From the NCBI GenBank assembly GCA_045863855.1, contig BTVV01000026.1, positions 1 through 64,000 on the forward strand: a stretch of 64,000 bases of DNA, in the 5' to 3' direction. The number at the start of each line of letters is the position of its first letter. Positions within the stretch are counted from its first letter, which is position 1. The position numbers were made by a program, and so were the translations under genes. The notes below the pieces were generated by a model. The model had not been told where the DNA came from, made no database searches, and worked only from the letters and a program-made list of their open reading frames with translations. Source of the DNA: Planctomycetota bacterium (GTDB lineage Bacteria; Planctomycetota; SZUA-567; H5-PLA8). Below, in pieces: positions 9,847 through 19,204 of this stretch.

Positions 9847-11331
9847 ATGGCTAAGAAATCGGAAACGATTTTCTTCTGTTCGGGCTGCGGGCACGAGACC
9901 TCGCGCTGGGAAGGGCGCTGCCCGGGCTGCGGCGAATGGAACACACTCACCGAAGCGCCTAAGCCGGCGGCCTCCGCGCGCCCGCGCGGCTCGGGCGGGA
10001 AATTGCGCGCGGGCGGTTCGCATACGCCGCGTCCGGGGCTGGGGCTTTCCAGCGGCGCGCGGCCCCTCAAAGCGTACGCGTCCGAACGCCTGCCCCGGCT
10101 GCATCTGCCGCTGAGCGAATTCGACCGGGTGATCGGCGGCGGCGCGGTGCCGGGCGGCAGCCTGCTCATCGGCGGCGAACCGGGCATCGGAAAATCCACG
10201 CTGCTGCTTCAGGTGCTCGGCGCGCTGGCGGCGGAGAAGGGCTCCGGCGCGGCGCGTCCGCTGCTCTATGTCAGCGGCGAAGAAGCGCCTTCGCAGATCT
10301 CGTCGCGCGGCCTGCGCCTGGGCGAAGGCGCGGCTTTGGCGTCCAAGAATGCCGCGGGCGTGGCGTACGACTTCGAATCGGATGCGCTGAAGCTGGCCGC
10401 CGAGACGGACCTCGATGCGATTCTGGATTTGTTGGAGCAGGAGCGCCCGCGCGTGGCGGTGATCGACTCGGTGCAGACGTTGCGCGACCCGCAACTCGCC
10501 AGCCCGCCGGGCGCGGTCGGACAGGTGCGCGAATGCGCGATGGCGCTGGTGGAAGCGGCGCGGCGGCTGGAGGTGGCGATCTTCCTGATCGGGCACGTGA
10601 CGCGCGAGGGGACCATCGCGGGGCCGAAGGTGCTGGAACACGTCGTCGATACGGTGCTGAGTTTCGAAGGCGATACGCGGCTGGGTTTACGCTGTCTGCG
10701 CGCGCTGAAGAACCGCTTCGGTTCGGTGGACGAGGTCGGGCTGTTCGAGATGACCGGCTACGGGCTCGCGGAAGTGCCCGATCCGTCGCGCGCGCTGCTG
10801 GACGCGGCGGAAGGCGGCGAGAAGGGCCCCGGCACGGCGATCGGTGCGCTGTGCGAGGGAACGCGCGTCCTGCTGGTCGAACTGCAAGCGCTGACGGTGC
10901 CCGTGCCCGGCGGCGGCAGTCCGCGCCGGCGCGCAAGCGGGCTGGATCAGAACCGCCTCGCGATGCTCCTGGCGGTGCTGGAGACGAAGGCCGGCGTTCC
11001 GTTCGGGATGCTGGACGTGTTCGCGAGCGCGGCGGGTGGCTTCCGCGTCGACGAACCGGCGGCCGATTTGCCCCTCGCCCTGGCGCTGGCCTCGGTGGCG
11101 ACGGGGCGCGCGGTGCGCGAGAAGCTCGTCGCGGCCGGCGAGATCGGCCTGGGCGGCGAACTGCGCCCGGTGCCGCGGCTGGAAGCGCGCTTGGGCGAAG
11201 CCAAGCGCCTGGGCTTCGAGGCCGTGCTGGTGCCCGCACGCGGACGCGAGGTGGCCACGAAGAGTTCCGGAGGCCCGAAAGTGCTGCGCGCGAAGAACGT
11301 GCGCGAGGCGTTGGCGTTGGGGCTGGCTTAG
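9847..11331 (+). CDS. radA: DNA repair protein RadA/Sms
   Basis: CSGC-CPGC zinc finger, GEPGIGKST Walker A, YVSGEE, KNRFG, Lon-like C-terminus. Confidence 0.97.
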   Translation: MAKKSETIFFCSGCGHETSRWEGRCPGCGEWNTLTEAPKPAASARPRGSGGKLRAGGSHTPRPGLGLSSGARPLKAYASERLPRLHLPLSEFDRVIGGGAVPGGSLLIGGEPGIGKSTLLLQVLGALAAEKGSGAARPLLYVSGEEAPSQISSRGLRLGEGAALASKNAAGVAYDFESDALKLAAETDLDAILDLLEQERPRVAVIDSVQTLRDPQLASPPGAVGQVRECAMALVEAARRLEVAIFLIGHVTREGTIAGPKVLEHVVDTVLSFEGDTRLGLRCLRALKNRFGSVDEVGLFEMTGYGLAEVPDPSRALLDAAEGGEKGPGTAIGALCEGTRVLLVELQALTVPVPGGGSPRRRASGLDQNRLAMLLAVLETKAGVPFGMLDVFASAAGGFRVDEPAADLPLALALASVATGRAVREKLVAAGEIGLGGELRPVPRLEARLGEAKRLGFEAVLVPARGREVATKSSGGPKVLRAKNVREALALGLA

Positions 11332-11495
11332 GCTCTGTCCCGAAACGCTGCGAAGGCGGAGGCGACGCGCGGACCAAGCAAAGCGAAAAAGCCGAACGCG
11401 CTGTATCTCTACAGTAGATACAGCAAGCGAGGCCGACGATGCTCTGCGCAGGCCCCCGTAAGCAGACGCCGAAGAAGCGTTTCGGGACAGTGCCT
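11330..11495. mobile_element. Non-autonomous miniature inverted-repeat element (MITE-like), ~165 bp
   Basis: 20-bp terminal inverted repeats AGGCTCTGTCCCGAAACGCT / AGCGTTTCGGGACAGTGCCT (1 mismatch); central hairpin GCTGTATCT/AGATACAGC (11400-11424); no coding capacity. Confidence 0.75.
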
Positions 11496-11562
11496 GATGA
11501 ACGGCATAGGCCTGGGTTGGCATTCGATTGTTTCCTGCCGTGGGCCGTTTAACACCTCCCCC

Positions 11563-12241
11563 AAGTGCGGACGCTTCTCCCTCGCCGTGCCGCTGAAGGA
11601 CCTCCTCGAGGACTTCGGCCCTCTGGATATCGACCCGTCCGTCGAGCGGCTCTACGCGCCGCGCTACAAGATCGCCCCGGCGCAGCAGATCGCCGCCGTC
11701 CGCGAGGTAGGCGGGCGCCGCAAGCTCCTGGCGCTGAAGTGGGGGCTCGTGCCGTCGTGGCCAAGGATCCGGCCATCGGCGCGAAGATGCTCAACGCCTG
11801 CGGCGAGAAGGTGGCCGAGAAGCCTTCGTTCCGTAGCGCATATAAAAGCGCCGCTGCGTGCACCCCGCGGGCGGCTTTTACGAATGGAAGCGCGAGGACA
11901 TGAACAAGCAGCCGTTCCACGTCGTCCGCCGCGACGGGCGCGTCCTGACGCTCTCGGCCCTCTGGGAACGCTGGGAACCTAAGGATGGCGCGGCGCTCGA
12001 GACCTGCGCCATCGTCACCATCGGCCCCAACGTGGTGCTGGAACCGATCCACGACCGTAAGCCCGTGATGCTCGACAGCGGCACGCTCGACGCCTGGCTG
12101 AACCCCGAGACGCCCGCGGAAGACCTACCGAAGCTCATCGCCCCCTGCCCCGCCGACTGGATCCGCGCCTACCCGGTCTCCCAGAAAGTGAACAAAGCGA
12201 CTTTCAACGAAGCCGACTGCATGCTGCCGTTCGAGGGGTAG
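11563..12241 (+). pseudogene. SOS response-associated peptidase (SRAP/YedK/HMCES family), disrupted
   Basis: (K)CGRF with AAG where ATG is expected; WGLVPSW; frameshift ~11760; EKPSFR; frameshift ~11846; GFYEW; IHDRKPV. Confidence 0.85.
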
Positions 12242-12283
12242 CGCATTCGGCATGGCTTTGGCCGGTGAGGACGCCTGCGCCAT

Positions 12284-12355
12284 AAAAAAATCCCCGGCGC
12301 CCGAGGCCCAAAGCGCGTGGGGGGGTAGCGCTCGAAGCTCAGCGGACGCCGGGGA
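12284..12355 (-). terminator. Extended hairpin with U-tract terminating the nrdJ transcript
   Basis: Minus strand TCCCCGGCGTCCG...CGGGCGCCGGGGA followed by T7. Confidence 0.7.
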
Positions 12356-12493
12356 AGCTCGACTAACCTTCTTCTTTTTCGTCTTCGATGGGCCGGCGGC
12401 ATATCCGTCGGCTTGAGATGCCCGGCGGCCGATCGCTCGGCCGCCGGGTCCGCGTTTCGCATAGTCCCTATCCCATGCGGACAGGGTACGGCT

Positions 12494-15172
12494 TTAGCAC
12501 TGGCTGAACCCGCAGCTCGGACACTTCACGCAGCCTTCCATGAAGGACAGCGTGCCGTTCCCGCACTCCGGGCACTTCAGCTTGTAGTTCTCCAGCAGCT
12601 TGTCCGCCGCCGTCTTGATCGTCGCATCGATGCTCACCGTCGTCGACGAAGGCGCCAAAAGCGTCGCCGCCGTCACCGCCGCCGCTTGAGCCGAAGCGTT
12701 CGCCTGCCCGTTGCCGTTCCCGTTGGCGACGCCGTCGAAATCCACCTCGCCCAGCAGGATCGCCTTGAGCCCGAACTCCTTCTTCGACATCCAGTACTTC
12801 CGGATCGTCTTGCCCAGCGCGTCGCCCAGCGACATCACCCGCCCGTCCCGCGTCGGAATCGAGAGGTGGCTGCCGATGCCTTCGAGCTGGTCCATCACCT
12901 GTTCGATCGAACCGCCCGCGCGCAGGAACAGGCTCACCATGCGGCAGATCGCTTCCAGGTCCGACATCGCCACGTCGCCGGCCTTGCCGAGCTGCGCGAA
13001 AACTTCCAGCTCCCGCCCGCTCTTCGGATCCACCGTGATCGTCACGTGCATGTGCCCGAACGGCGTGTTCTGCCGGATGCGCACGCCCGAGAGGATCGCC
13101 GGCGTCTTCATCGGACGCATCGGGGAAGGCGCCAGCGCCGCCGGAGCTGCCACGACGGCCGCCGCCGGAGCTTCTTCCTTCTTCTTGCCGCTGTTCTTCA
13201 GCGCCATCGGCTGGTTCTTGCGGCAGCCGTCGCGGTACACCGTGACGCCCTTGCAGCCCAGATCGAAGGCCAGATCGTAGATCGTGCGAACTTCGTCCTC
13301 CGTCGCGCTCTCGGGGAAGTTCGTCGTCTTGCTGATCGAGCTGTCGCAGTGCTTCTGGAACGCCGCCTGCATCCGCACGTGCCATTCCGGCGTGATGTCG
13401 TGCGCGCAGACGAACGTGTGCTTCACGTCTTCCGGCACGCCGTCGATGTGGTGCAGCGTCCCCACCGTCGCCAGCTTGTCCATCAGCTCGTCGCTGTAGA
13501 ACCCGCGAGCCTTCGCGGCTTCCTGGAAGATCGGATTCGCTTCCACCAGCCGCTGCCCGTTCAGCACGTTGCGGAAGAACGCCAGGCTGAACAACGGCTC
13601 CACGCCGCCCGAACAGTTGGCGATGATGCTGATCGTCCCCGTCGGCGCCACCGTCGTCGTGCACGCGTTGCGCATCTTGCGGTTATGAATCGTCTCCCAC
13701 GTGCTGCCCTTCCAGTTCGGGAAGCAGCCGCGTTCCTCGGCCAGCTCCTCGCTCATCTGATGCGATTCGTCGTTGATGAACTTCATGAAGCGCTCGCCCC
13801 ACGCCACGCCATCCTCGCTGTTGTACGCGACGCCCAGCTTGTACAGCGCGTCGGCGAAGCCCATGATGCCCAGGCCGATCTTGCGGTTGGCCTTGCACAT
13901 ATGCGTGATTTCGGGGAGCGGGTAGTTGTTGGCGTCGATGATGTTATCCAGGAAGCGCGTCGACATCCGGATGCTCGTCCGCAGCGCGTCCCAGTCCAGC
14001 GCCGGCTTGCCGTCCGAACCCGCGTGCACGAACAGGCCCAGGTTGATCGAACCCAGGTTGCACGCCTCGTACGGCAGCAGCGGCTGTTCGCCGCAGGGAT
14101 TCGTCGCTTCGATCGGCCCCACGTGCGGCGTCGGGTTGGCCTGGTTGATCCGGTCGATGAACACCACCCCCGGCTCGCCCGTCTGCCACGCGTGATGCAC
14201 GATCGTGTCGTAAATCTCGCCCATCGCCCACACTTCCGGCCGCGCTTCGGGCGCCTGAGCTTCGTACTCGTCCAGACGAACCAGATCCGCGACCTGGTAC
14301 GCCATCGTCTCCACGTCCTTCGGGACCACGAACTTCAAGCCCGTGCGCGGATTGATCACCACATGCGGCTTCGTCCGGTCCTTGCGGTACGCCGCCATCC
14401 ATGCGTCCGTCACCTTCACCGAAATGTTGTAGTTGGTGAACTGCGTGAGGTCCTGCTTCGCGTTGATGAACTTCAGGATGTCCGGATGCGTGATGTTCAT
14501 CATGCCCATGTTCGCGCCGCGCCGGAACGCGCCCTGCTGGATCGCGTTCGTCGCTTCGCTGAGCACCTTCCAGAAACTGATCGGACCGCTCGTCGTCCCG
14601 CCGCTACTCTTGATCCAGTCGCCCGTCGGGCGCAGGCGGTCGAAAGCGAACCCGGTGCCGCCGCCGGCCTTCTGAATCAGCGCCGTGGCCTTCACCGTGT
14701 CGAAAATCTCGTCGATGCTGTCGCCGACGGGGAGCACGAAACACGCGCTCAACATGCCCATCTCGCGGCCGGCGTTCATCAGCGTCGGGCTGTTGGGCAT
14801 GAACTCGCCCGTCACCATCAGCTTGAAGAACGTATCCTCATAATGCTTGGCCAGCTCCGGCGAGCCGCCGTAATCCTTCTCGATATCCGCCACCACCCGG
14901 GCCACCCGGCGGAACAACTGCTCCGGCGTCTCCGTCGCCTGCCCGTCCTGGTCCTTCTTTAGGTACCGCGCCTTCAGCACACGGATGCAATTCTCCGACA
15001 GGCCCAACGCCTTGCCGTTCGCCGTAATCGGGTCGTCGCCACCCGCCGTCTTGGCGGACTTGGCCGCGGAGGCCTTCTGCAACGCCTCCTGGAGCTTGCC
15101 GGTGCGATCCTTCACATCCTTATCTTGAGCCGTAGCGTCCTTCTTCTCTACCGAATTCGCCTGACTGATCAT
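12494..15172 (-). CDS. nrdJ: Class II (adenosylcobalamin-dependent) ribonucleotide reductase with TSCPD domain and C-terminal Zn-ribbon
   Basis: PNSPTLMNAG, SACFV, RRGANM, TNPCGEQ, CNLGSINL, APTGTIS, KGVTVYRDG, CPEC...EGCVKCPSCGFSQC; AGGAGG RBS; no ATP-cone or intein seen. Confidence 0.95.
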   Translation of the reverse strand: MISQANSVEKKDATAQDKDVKDRTGKLQEALQKASAAKSAKTAGGDDPITANGKALGLSENCIRVLKARYLKKDQDGQATETPEQLFRRVARVVADIEKDYGGSPELAKHYEDTFFKLMVTGEFMPNSPTLMNAGREMGMLSACFVLPVGDSIDEIFDTVKATALIQKAGGGTGFAFDRLRPTGDWIKSSGGTTSGPISFWKVLSEATNAIQQGAFRRGANMGMMNITHPDILKFINAKQDLTQFTNYNISVKVTDAWMAAYRKDRTKPHVVINPRTGLKFVVPKDVETMAYQVADLVRLDEYEAQAPEARPEVWAMGEIYDTIVHHAWQTGEPGVVFIDRINQANPTPHVGPIEATNPCGEQPLLPYEACNLGSINLGLFVHAGSDGKPALDWDALRTSIRMSTRFLDNIIDANNYPLPEITHMCKANRKIGLGIMGFADALYKLGVAYNSEDGVAWGERFMKFINDESHQMSEELAEERGCFPNWKGSTWETIHNRKMRNACTTTVAPTGTISIIANCSGGVEPLFSLAFFRNVLNGQRLVEANPIFQEAAKARGFYSDELMDKLATVGTLHHIDGVPEDVKHTFVCAHDITPEWHVRMQAAFQKHCDSSISKTTNFPESATEDEVRTIYDLAFDLGCKGVTVYRDGCRKNQPMALKNSGKKKEEAPAAAVVAAPAALAPSPMRPMKTPAILSGVRIRQNTPFGHMHVTITVDPKSGRELEVFAQLGKAGDVAMSDLEAICRMVSLFLRAGGSIEQVMDQLEGIGSHLSIPTRDGRVMSLGDALGKTIRKYWMSKKEFGLKAILLGEVDFDGVANGNGNGQANASAQAAAVTAATLLAPSSTTVSIDATIKTAADKLLENYKLKCPECGNGTLSFMEGCVKCPSCGFSQC

Positions 15173-15215
15173 CCTATCCTCCTGCCCCCAAAAATTTCCC
15201 CAAAACGACCGCCGC

Positions 15216-15413
15216 CCCTAATTATATTAGGGTGCAACTCTCACCACTCCCAGCCCTTGGATTCGTCCGAAGCGCTAGTACACCTTTAACCGATTACCTA
15301 CTATTTGTCCGGTGAGGTAGCGTTCTACACCACGATATAGGGGCATGGGAAGCATGAAAAAATCTTAATCTCACTTCCTTATCCACACCCCAACTCCAGC
15401 ATTATATTAGGGT
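15216..15413. repeat. 13-bp direct repeat ATTATATTAGGGT (15221, 15401); first copy lies in the near-palindrome CCCTAATTATATTAGGG
   Basis: Read directly from sequence; copies exactly 180 bp apart. Confidence 0.8.
15328..15343. promoter_or_regulatory. NrdR-box-like site; weaker second box at 15295-15310
   Basis: CACCACGATATAGGGG versus consensus acaCwAtATaTwGtgt, upstream of nrdJ. Confidence 0.55.
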
Positions 15414-15454
15414 TAACGGAATGGCGTACTCACCTTGTGAATAACCCTGGATAA
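15379..15454. promoter_or_regulatory. DnaA box cluster upstream of nrdJ
   Basis: TTATCCACA 15379-15387; TGTGAATAA 15436-15444 (reverse TTATTCACA); degenerate CCTGGATAA 15446-15454. Confidence 0.7.
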
Positions 15455-15565
15455 ATATTTACGTCCTCGTGCGCCGCTTGAGCAGCACACGTAGTTCAGT
15501 CAAGCGTTAGGGAAAAACTCCCGATACCCGGAACCCTCACCAAGTCTTTCCGCCTTCTTCAAGCT

Positions 15566-16705
15566 TTAGTGAGCCGGACTCGCCAGCGCCACCGCCACCA
15601 GCAACGCCAGCAGATTATTGACAAAGTGGAGCCACATGGAGGCCCACAGCCGACCGGTACGCTCGTACAGCCACGTCAGCACCAGCGACAGCACGAACAA
15701 CGACAGGACGTTCGACCAGACGAAATGAATCAGCGCGAAGATCGCCGCGACCACCATCGCCGCGCCCCACACGCCCAGATACCGGCGCAGCGCGTGATAA
15801 AACAGGCCGCGGAAAATCAATTCTTCGAAAAACGCCGCGCCCGCCGAGGCCGCGACGACCAGCAGCGCCACCAGCCCCCACGAAAACGCGCCGCTCAGTT
15901 CGTGCTGCAATAACTCCAGCACCGGGTTGGTGTCGGTAGGCCGCCCCAGCGCCTTCAGGACCACACCGCTGAACAGATTGAGCGCGATTAACAACCAACT
16001 CACCAGCAGATATCCCGCCACGCCGCGCAGCGCGTCGCCGGACAGGTCGCTCCCCGCGCCGCCGCGCCACGGTGGCCAGATGCCCGCCAGCGCTTCGTCC
16101 GCCGGCGCGCGCGCGCGTGCCGCCCACGCCACGCCCGCCAGCCCCGCCGTGTACGCCGCGAACTGCGCCCCCAGGCTCACCAGCAATCCCGCCAGCCCGT
16201 ACGGCATCACCCCGCCCGGCATCGCAACCCACCAGTCACCCGGCGTGACCCAGATCGCGCCTTGTTGAACGAGAATGCGCAGCACAAAAGCGAGCCCGAT
16301 GAACGCAAAGACGTCGATCAGGTAAACGTGCGCCGGCGTTCGCCCCTGCCCCAGCTTCAAGCGCTCGCGAAACGCCTCGTCCTTCGCCAGGCGCAGGGCG
16401 TAGTACGCGCAGAACAAGCCTCCGCCCGTGTTCAGCGCCAAAAACGTGAAGACGACCACCGTCGCCGGCCACGGCGCGTGCTCCGCATCGAATACAGCCG
16501 CCAAATCCAACTCCGGCGACGGCGCGGCTTGCGCCCGCCGAATCGTGTTGGGCAGACTCGTTGCCGTGAAGATCGCGGCTTGCAAAAAGAGCACCGCCGC
16601 GCAGATCAGCGCGGCGGCGCGCAGATGGCCCTGGCGCAACCGAAACGCGTCGCGCGGCGGTTCGGCGGGACTGCTCGGCGGCTCGATCGATTCCGGTACG
16701 TCCAC
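15566..16705 (-). CDS. CPBP (CAAX protease/Abi family) intramembrane metalloprotease
   Basis: FFEELIFRG, FALIH, HFVNN; multiple TM helices; GGAGG RBS before GTG 16705. Confidence 0.88.
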   Translation of the reverse strand: MDVPESIEPPSSPAEPPRDAFRLRQGHLRAAALICAAVLFLQAAIFTATSLPNTIRRAQAAPSPELDLAAVFDAEHAPWPATVVVFTFLALNTGGGLFCAYYALRLAKDEAFRERLKLGQGRTPAHVYLIDVFAFIGLAFVLRILVQQGAIWVTPGDWWVAMPGGVMPYGLAGLLVSLGAQFAAYTAGLAGVAWAARARAPADEALAGIWPPWRGGAGSDLSGDALRGVAGYLLVSWLLIALNLFSGVVLKALGRPTDTNPVLELLQHELSGAFSWGLVALLVVAASAGAAFFEELIFRGLFYHALRRYLGVWGAAMVVAAIFALIHFVWSNVLSLFVLSLVLTWLYERTGRLWASMWLHFVNNLLALLVAVALASPAH

Positions 16706-16825
16706 GCGGACCTCCACGAAGCGCCCGGCAGTATAGAGCAACACTCCAAGCGCGAACGGGCGGAAAGCGCCGCCCATCCAGCCGACCTATGGTAAAGTTT
16801 CGTCATCCATACTAGGGGTTCAAAC

Positions 16826-18991
16826 ATGTCCGATTCGCTCATCCGCCGCCAGGCGTACCTCGAACTCCTGAAGCGCGTGCTCCCGCCGCTCCCCAGTTGG
16901 GACGAATGGCAAGCGCGCAATGCCGAGCTTCCGCCCGACTTCGATACACAAACGCCCCGCAACAACCTTTGGAGCCCGCTCGAGCCGCCCGGCGCCGCCG
17001 GTCCCAAGCGCATCGAAACCGTCGCGGCATGGCGCGAACGCCGGAGCGAGATCCAAGCGGCCTTGCAGCAGTGGATGCTCGGGGATATCCCGCCCGCGCC
17101 GCCCGCGGTGCGCGCCGAAAGCGTCGTCGAATCCGTCCACGAAGGCGTCCGCCACCGCACGCTGACGCTCCGCTTCGGCCCGCAAGAAAAAGCGCGCCTG
17201 CGCGTCGAACTCTGGATTCCGCCGGGGCGCGGCCCGTTTCCGGTCTTCATGACCCAGTTCACGCACCGGCGCTGGACGACCGTGGCGGTCCGCCGCGGCT
17301 ACATCGGCTGCGCGTACGCCGCAAGCGACGGCGACGACGACACCAACAGCTACCTGGACGCCTATCCGCAATACGATTTCACGCGCATCCCGCGCCGCGC
17401 CTGGAGCGCCTCGCGCGCGATCGACTACTTGAACCAGATTCCCGAAGCCGATCTAGGCAAAATCGCGCTCACCGGCCACTCGCGCAACGGGAAGCAGTCG
17501 CTCATCGCAGCGGCCTTCGACGAACGCATCGCCTGCGTCATCCCCAGCAGCCCCGGCGCCGGCGGCACCTGCGCCTTCCGGCTCTTCTCCGAACTGCACG
17601 GCGGCGAAAGCGTCGAGTACCTCACGCGCCAGTTCCCCGAATGGTTTCATCGGCGCCTGCGCTTCTTCACCGGCCGCGAGGACATGCTCCCGTTCGACCT
17701 CCACGAACTCGTGGCGCTCGTAGCGCCCCGCGCCTGCCTGATCGCCTCCTCGTACAACGATCCCTTCGAGAGCGTCTACGCGCTGCAGCGCACCGTGCTG
17801 GAGGCCGCGCGCGTCTACCGGTTCCTCGAAGCGGCGGAGAAGCTGCGCATCCACTGGCGCTGGGGCGGGCACGAAACCTCGGCCCTCCTCGTCGAACGCT
17901 ACGTCGATTGGTGCGATACGCAGTTCGGGCGAGCGGCGTATGCGTTTCCGGAGCGCGCGCTGCATCCGCTTTTCGAGGGCGGGCTGGCGCAACGCGCCAA
18001 GCCCATCGCTCCCTCGGCTTCACTGAAGGATCTGCCCGCGCGTCAGGCCCAGACACGCAAGCGCATCCTCGAACTCTGCGGCGAAGCCCCGCCGCATGCG
18101 CACGCCGGTTCGACCCTGGGCCGCGACGAACGCGAACACTTAACCGCGCTCCTGATGCGCCAAGAGGCCGGCGCGAAGATCGAGAAGCGCCACCTCGTTT
18201 GGGGCGAAGCCCTCCACGCCGACCTCTGGCTCCAGGAAGGCGCCGCCGAGGGTGGACGATTACCCGCGGTCCTCTGGCTCCATTCCTACGTCTTCCACGT
18301 CGGCTATTCGGCGACTTACAAGCGCGGGCCATACGTCCACGAAGCGCTCGCCCAGGCCGGCGTCGCCGCCTGCGGGCACGACATGATCGGCTTCGGCGGG
18401 CGCGTCCTCGAAGCCGAAGCGTTCTACACGCGCTTCCCGCATTGGTCGCTGCTGGGCAAGATGCTCCGCGACGCGCAAGATCTCCTCGGCGCGCTGACGC
18501 GGCTCGATTTCATCGATCCCAAACGCATCTGGGCCGTCGGCTACGGGCTCGGCGCATTCGTAGGCCTGCATCTGGCCGCGCTCGACGAACGTCTGGCCGG
18601 CCTCATCGCCGTCGCGCCTCCGCAGCCCTTCCGCCGCGATCCCGTCCCCGGAGGCTGCGGCGGGCTCACGCGCTGGTCACGCGACTACCCGCTCTTGCCT
18701 AATTTGGGCGCCTACATCGGGCGAGAAGACCAAGCGCCCTACGATCTGCCCGAATTGCTCGAAGCCATCGCGCCGCGCCCGGTGGACCTGATCGTTCCGC
18801 GCATCGAACGCGAAGCGCGCGAGGCCGATATCCGCGCCGCCGTCGAAGCCGCGCGCCCGGCCTATGAATCCGCCGGCCGAACCCAGAGCCTCGCCCTCAC
18901 CTTGCCTGAGACCTACAGCCACTTGGGCCCCGAAATGCAGGCGATATTCCTGGAGCGCTTAAAGGAGAGGTTGGCTGAGTCGAGCCCCTAA
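16826..18991 (+). CDS. CE15 glucuronoyl-esterase-like domain fused to a second alpha/beta hydrolase domain
   Basis: GHSRNGK, AAAFDERI, LVALVAPR; second domain W+GKMLRD...GYGLG. Confidence 0.75.
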   Translation: MSDSLIRRQAYLELLKRVLPPLPSWDEWQARNAELPPDFDTQTPRNNLWSPLEPPGAAGPKRIETVAAWRERRSEIQAALQQWMLGDIPPAPPAVRAESVVESVHEGVRHRTLTLRFGPQEKARLRVELWIPPGRGPFPVFMTQFTHRRWTTVAVRRGYIGCAYAASDGDDDTNSYLDAYPQYDFTRIPRRAWSASRAIDYLNQIPEADLGKIALTGHSRNGKQSLIAAAFDERIACVIPSSPGAGGTCAFRLFSELHGGESVEYLTRQFPEWFHRRLRFFTGREDMLPFDLHELVALVAPRACLIASSYNDPFESVYALQRTVLEAARVYRFLEAAEKLRIHWRWGGHETSALLVERYVDWCDTQFGRAAYAFPERALHPLFEGGLAQRAKPIAPSASLKDLPARQAQTRKRILELCGEAPPHAHAGSTLGRDEREHLTALLMRQEAGAKIEKRHLVWGEALHADLWLQEGAAEGGRLPAVLWLHSYVFHVGYSATYKRGPYVHEALAQAGVAACGHDMIGFGGRVLEAEAFYTRFPHWSLLGKMLRDAQDLLGALTRLDFIDPKRIWAVGYGLGAFVGLHLAALDERLAGLIAVAPPQPFRRDPVPGGCGGLTRWSRDYPLLPNLGAYIGREDQAPYDLPELLEAIAPRPVDLIVPRIEREAREADIRAAVEAARPAYESAGRTQSLALTLPETYSHLGPEMQAIFLERLKERLAESSP

Positions 18992-19204
18992 TGTACATTC
19001 GTGTCGCAATCGCTATCGCGAAAGTGTACAGGCGTGCGCGAGTTTCTGAAGCGGCCGCGGGTCCGCTTCGCAAGATTTTGCTATAAAACAACTTACATCG
19101 ATTCCATCAGGGGCTTTTTGTGAACCTCACGGCCCCGCATTTTCGTGTAGAAAAGCGTGTGCCGGTTGGTCGGAAGGTACGTTCCAAAACTCAGGAGCTT
19201 GCGC

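Noticed and set aside
12494..15172. Intein or intron in nrdJ
   Set aside because: Catalytic motifs are contiguous; no splice-junction or homing-endonuclease motifs
15205..15420. dif site (TATATTAGGGTTAAC resembles a XerD arm)
   Set aside because: Central spacer is 5 rather than 6 bp, the XerC arm does not match, and parS nearby argues against a terminus
15566..16705. CPBP/Abi protein as abortive-infection or bacteriocin immunity
   Set aside because: The family name alone is not evidence; no bacteriocin or phage context
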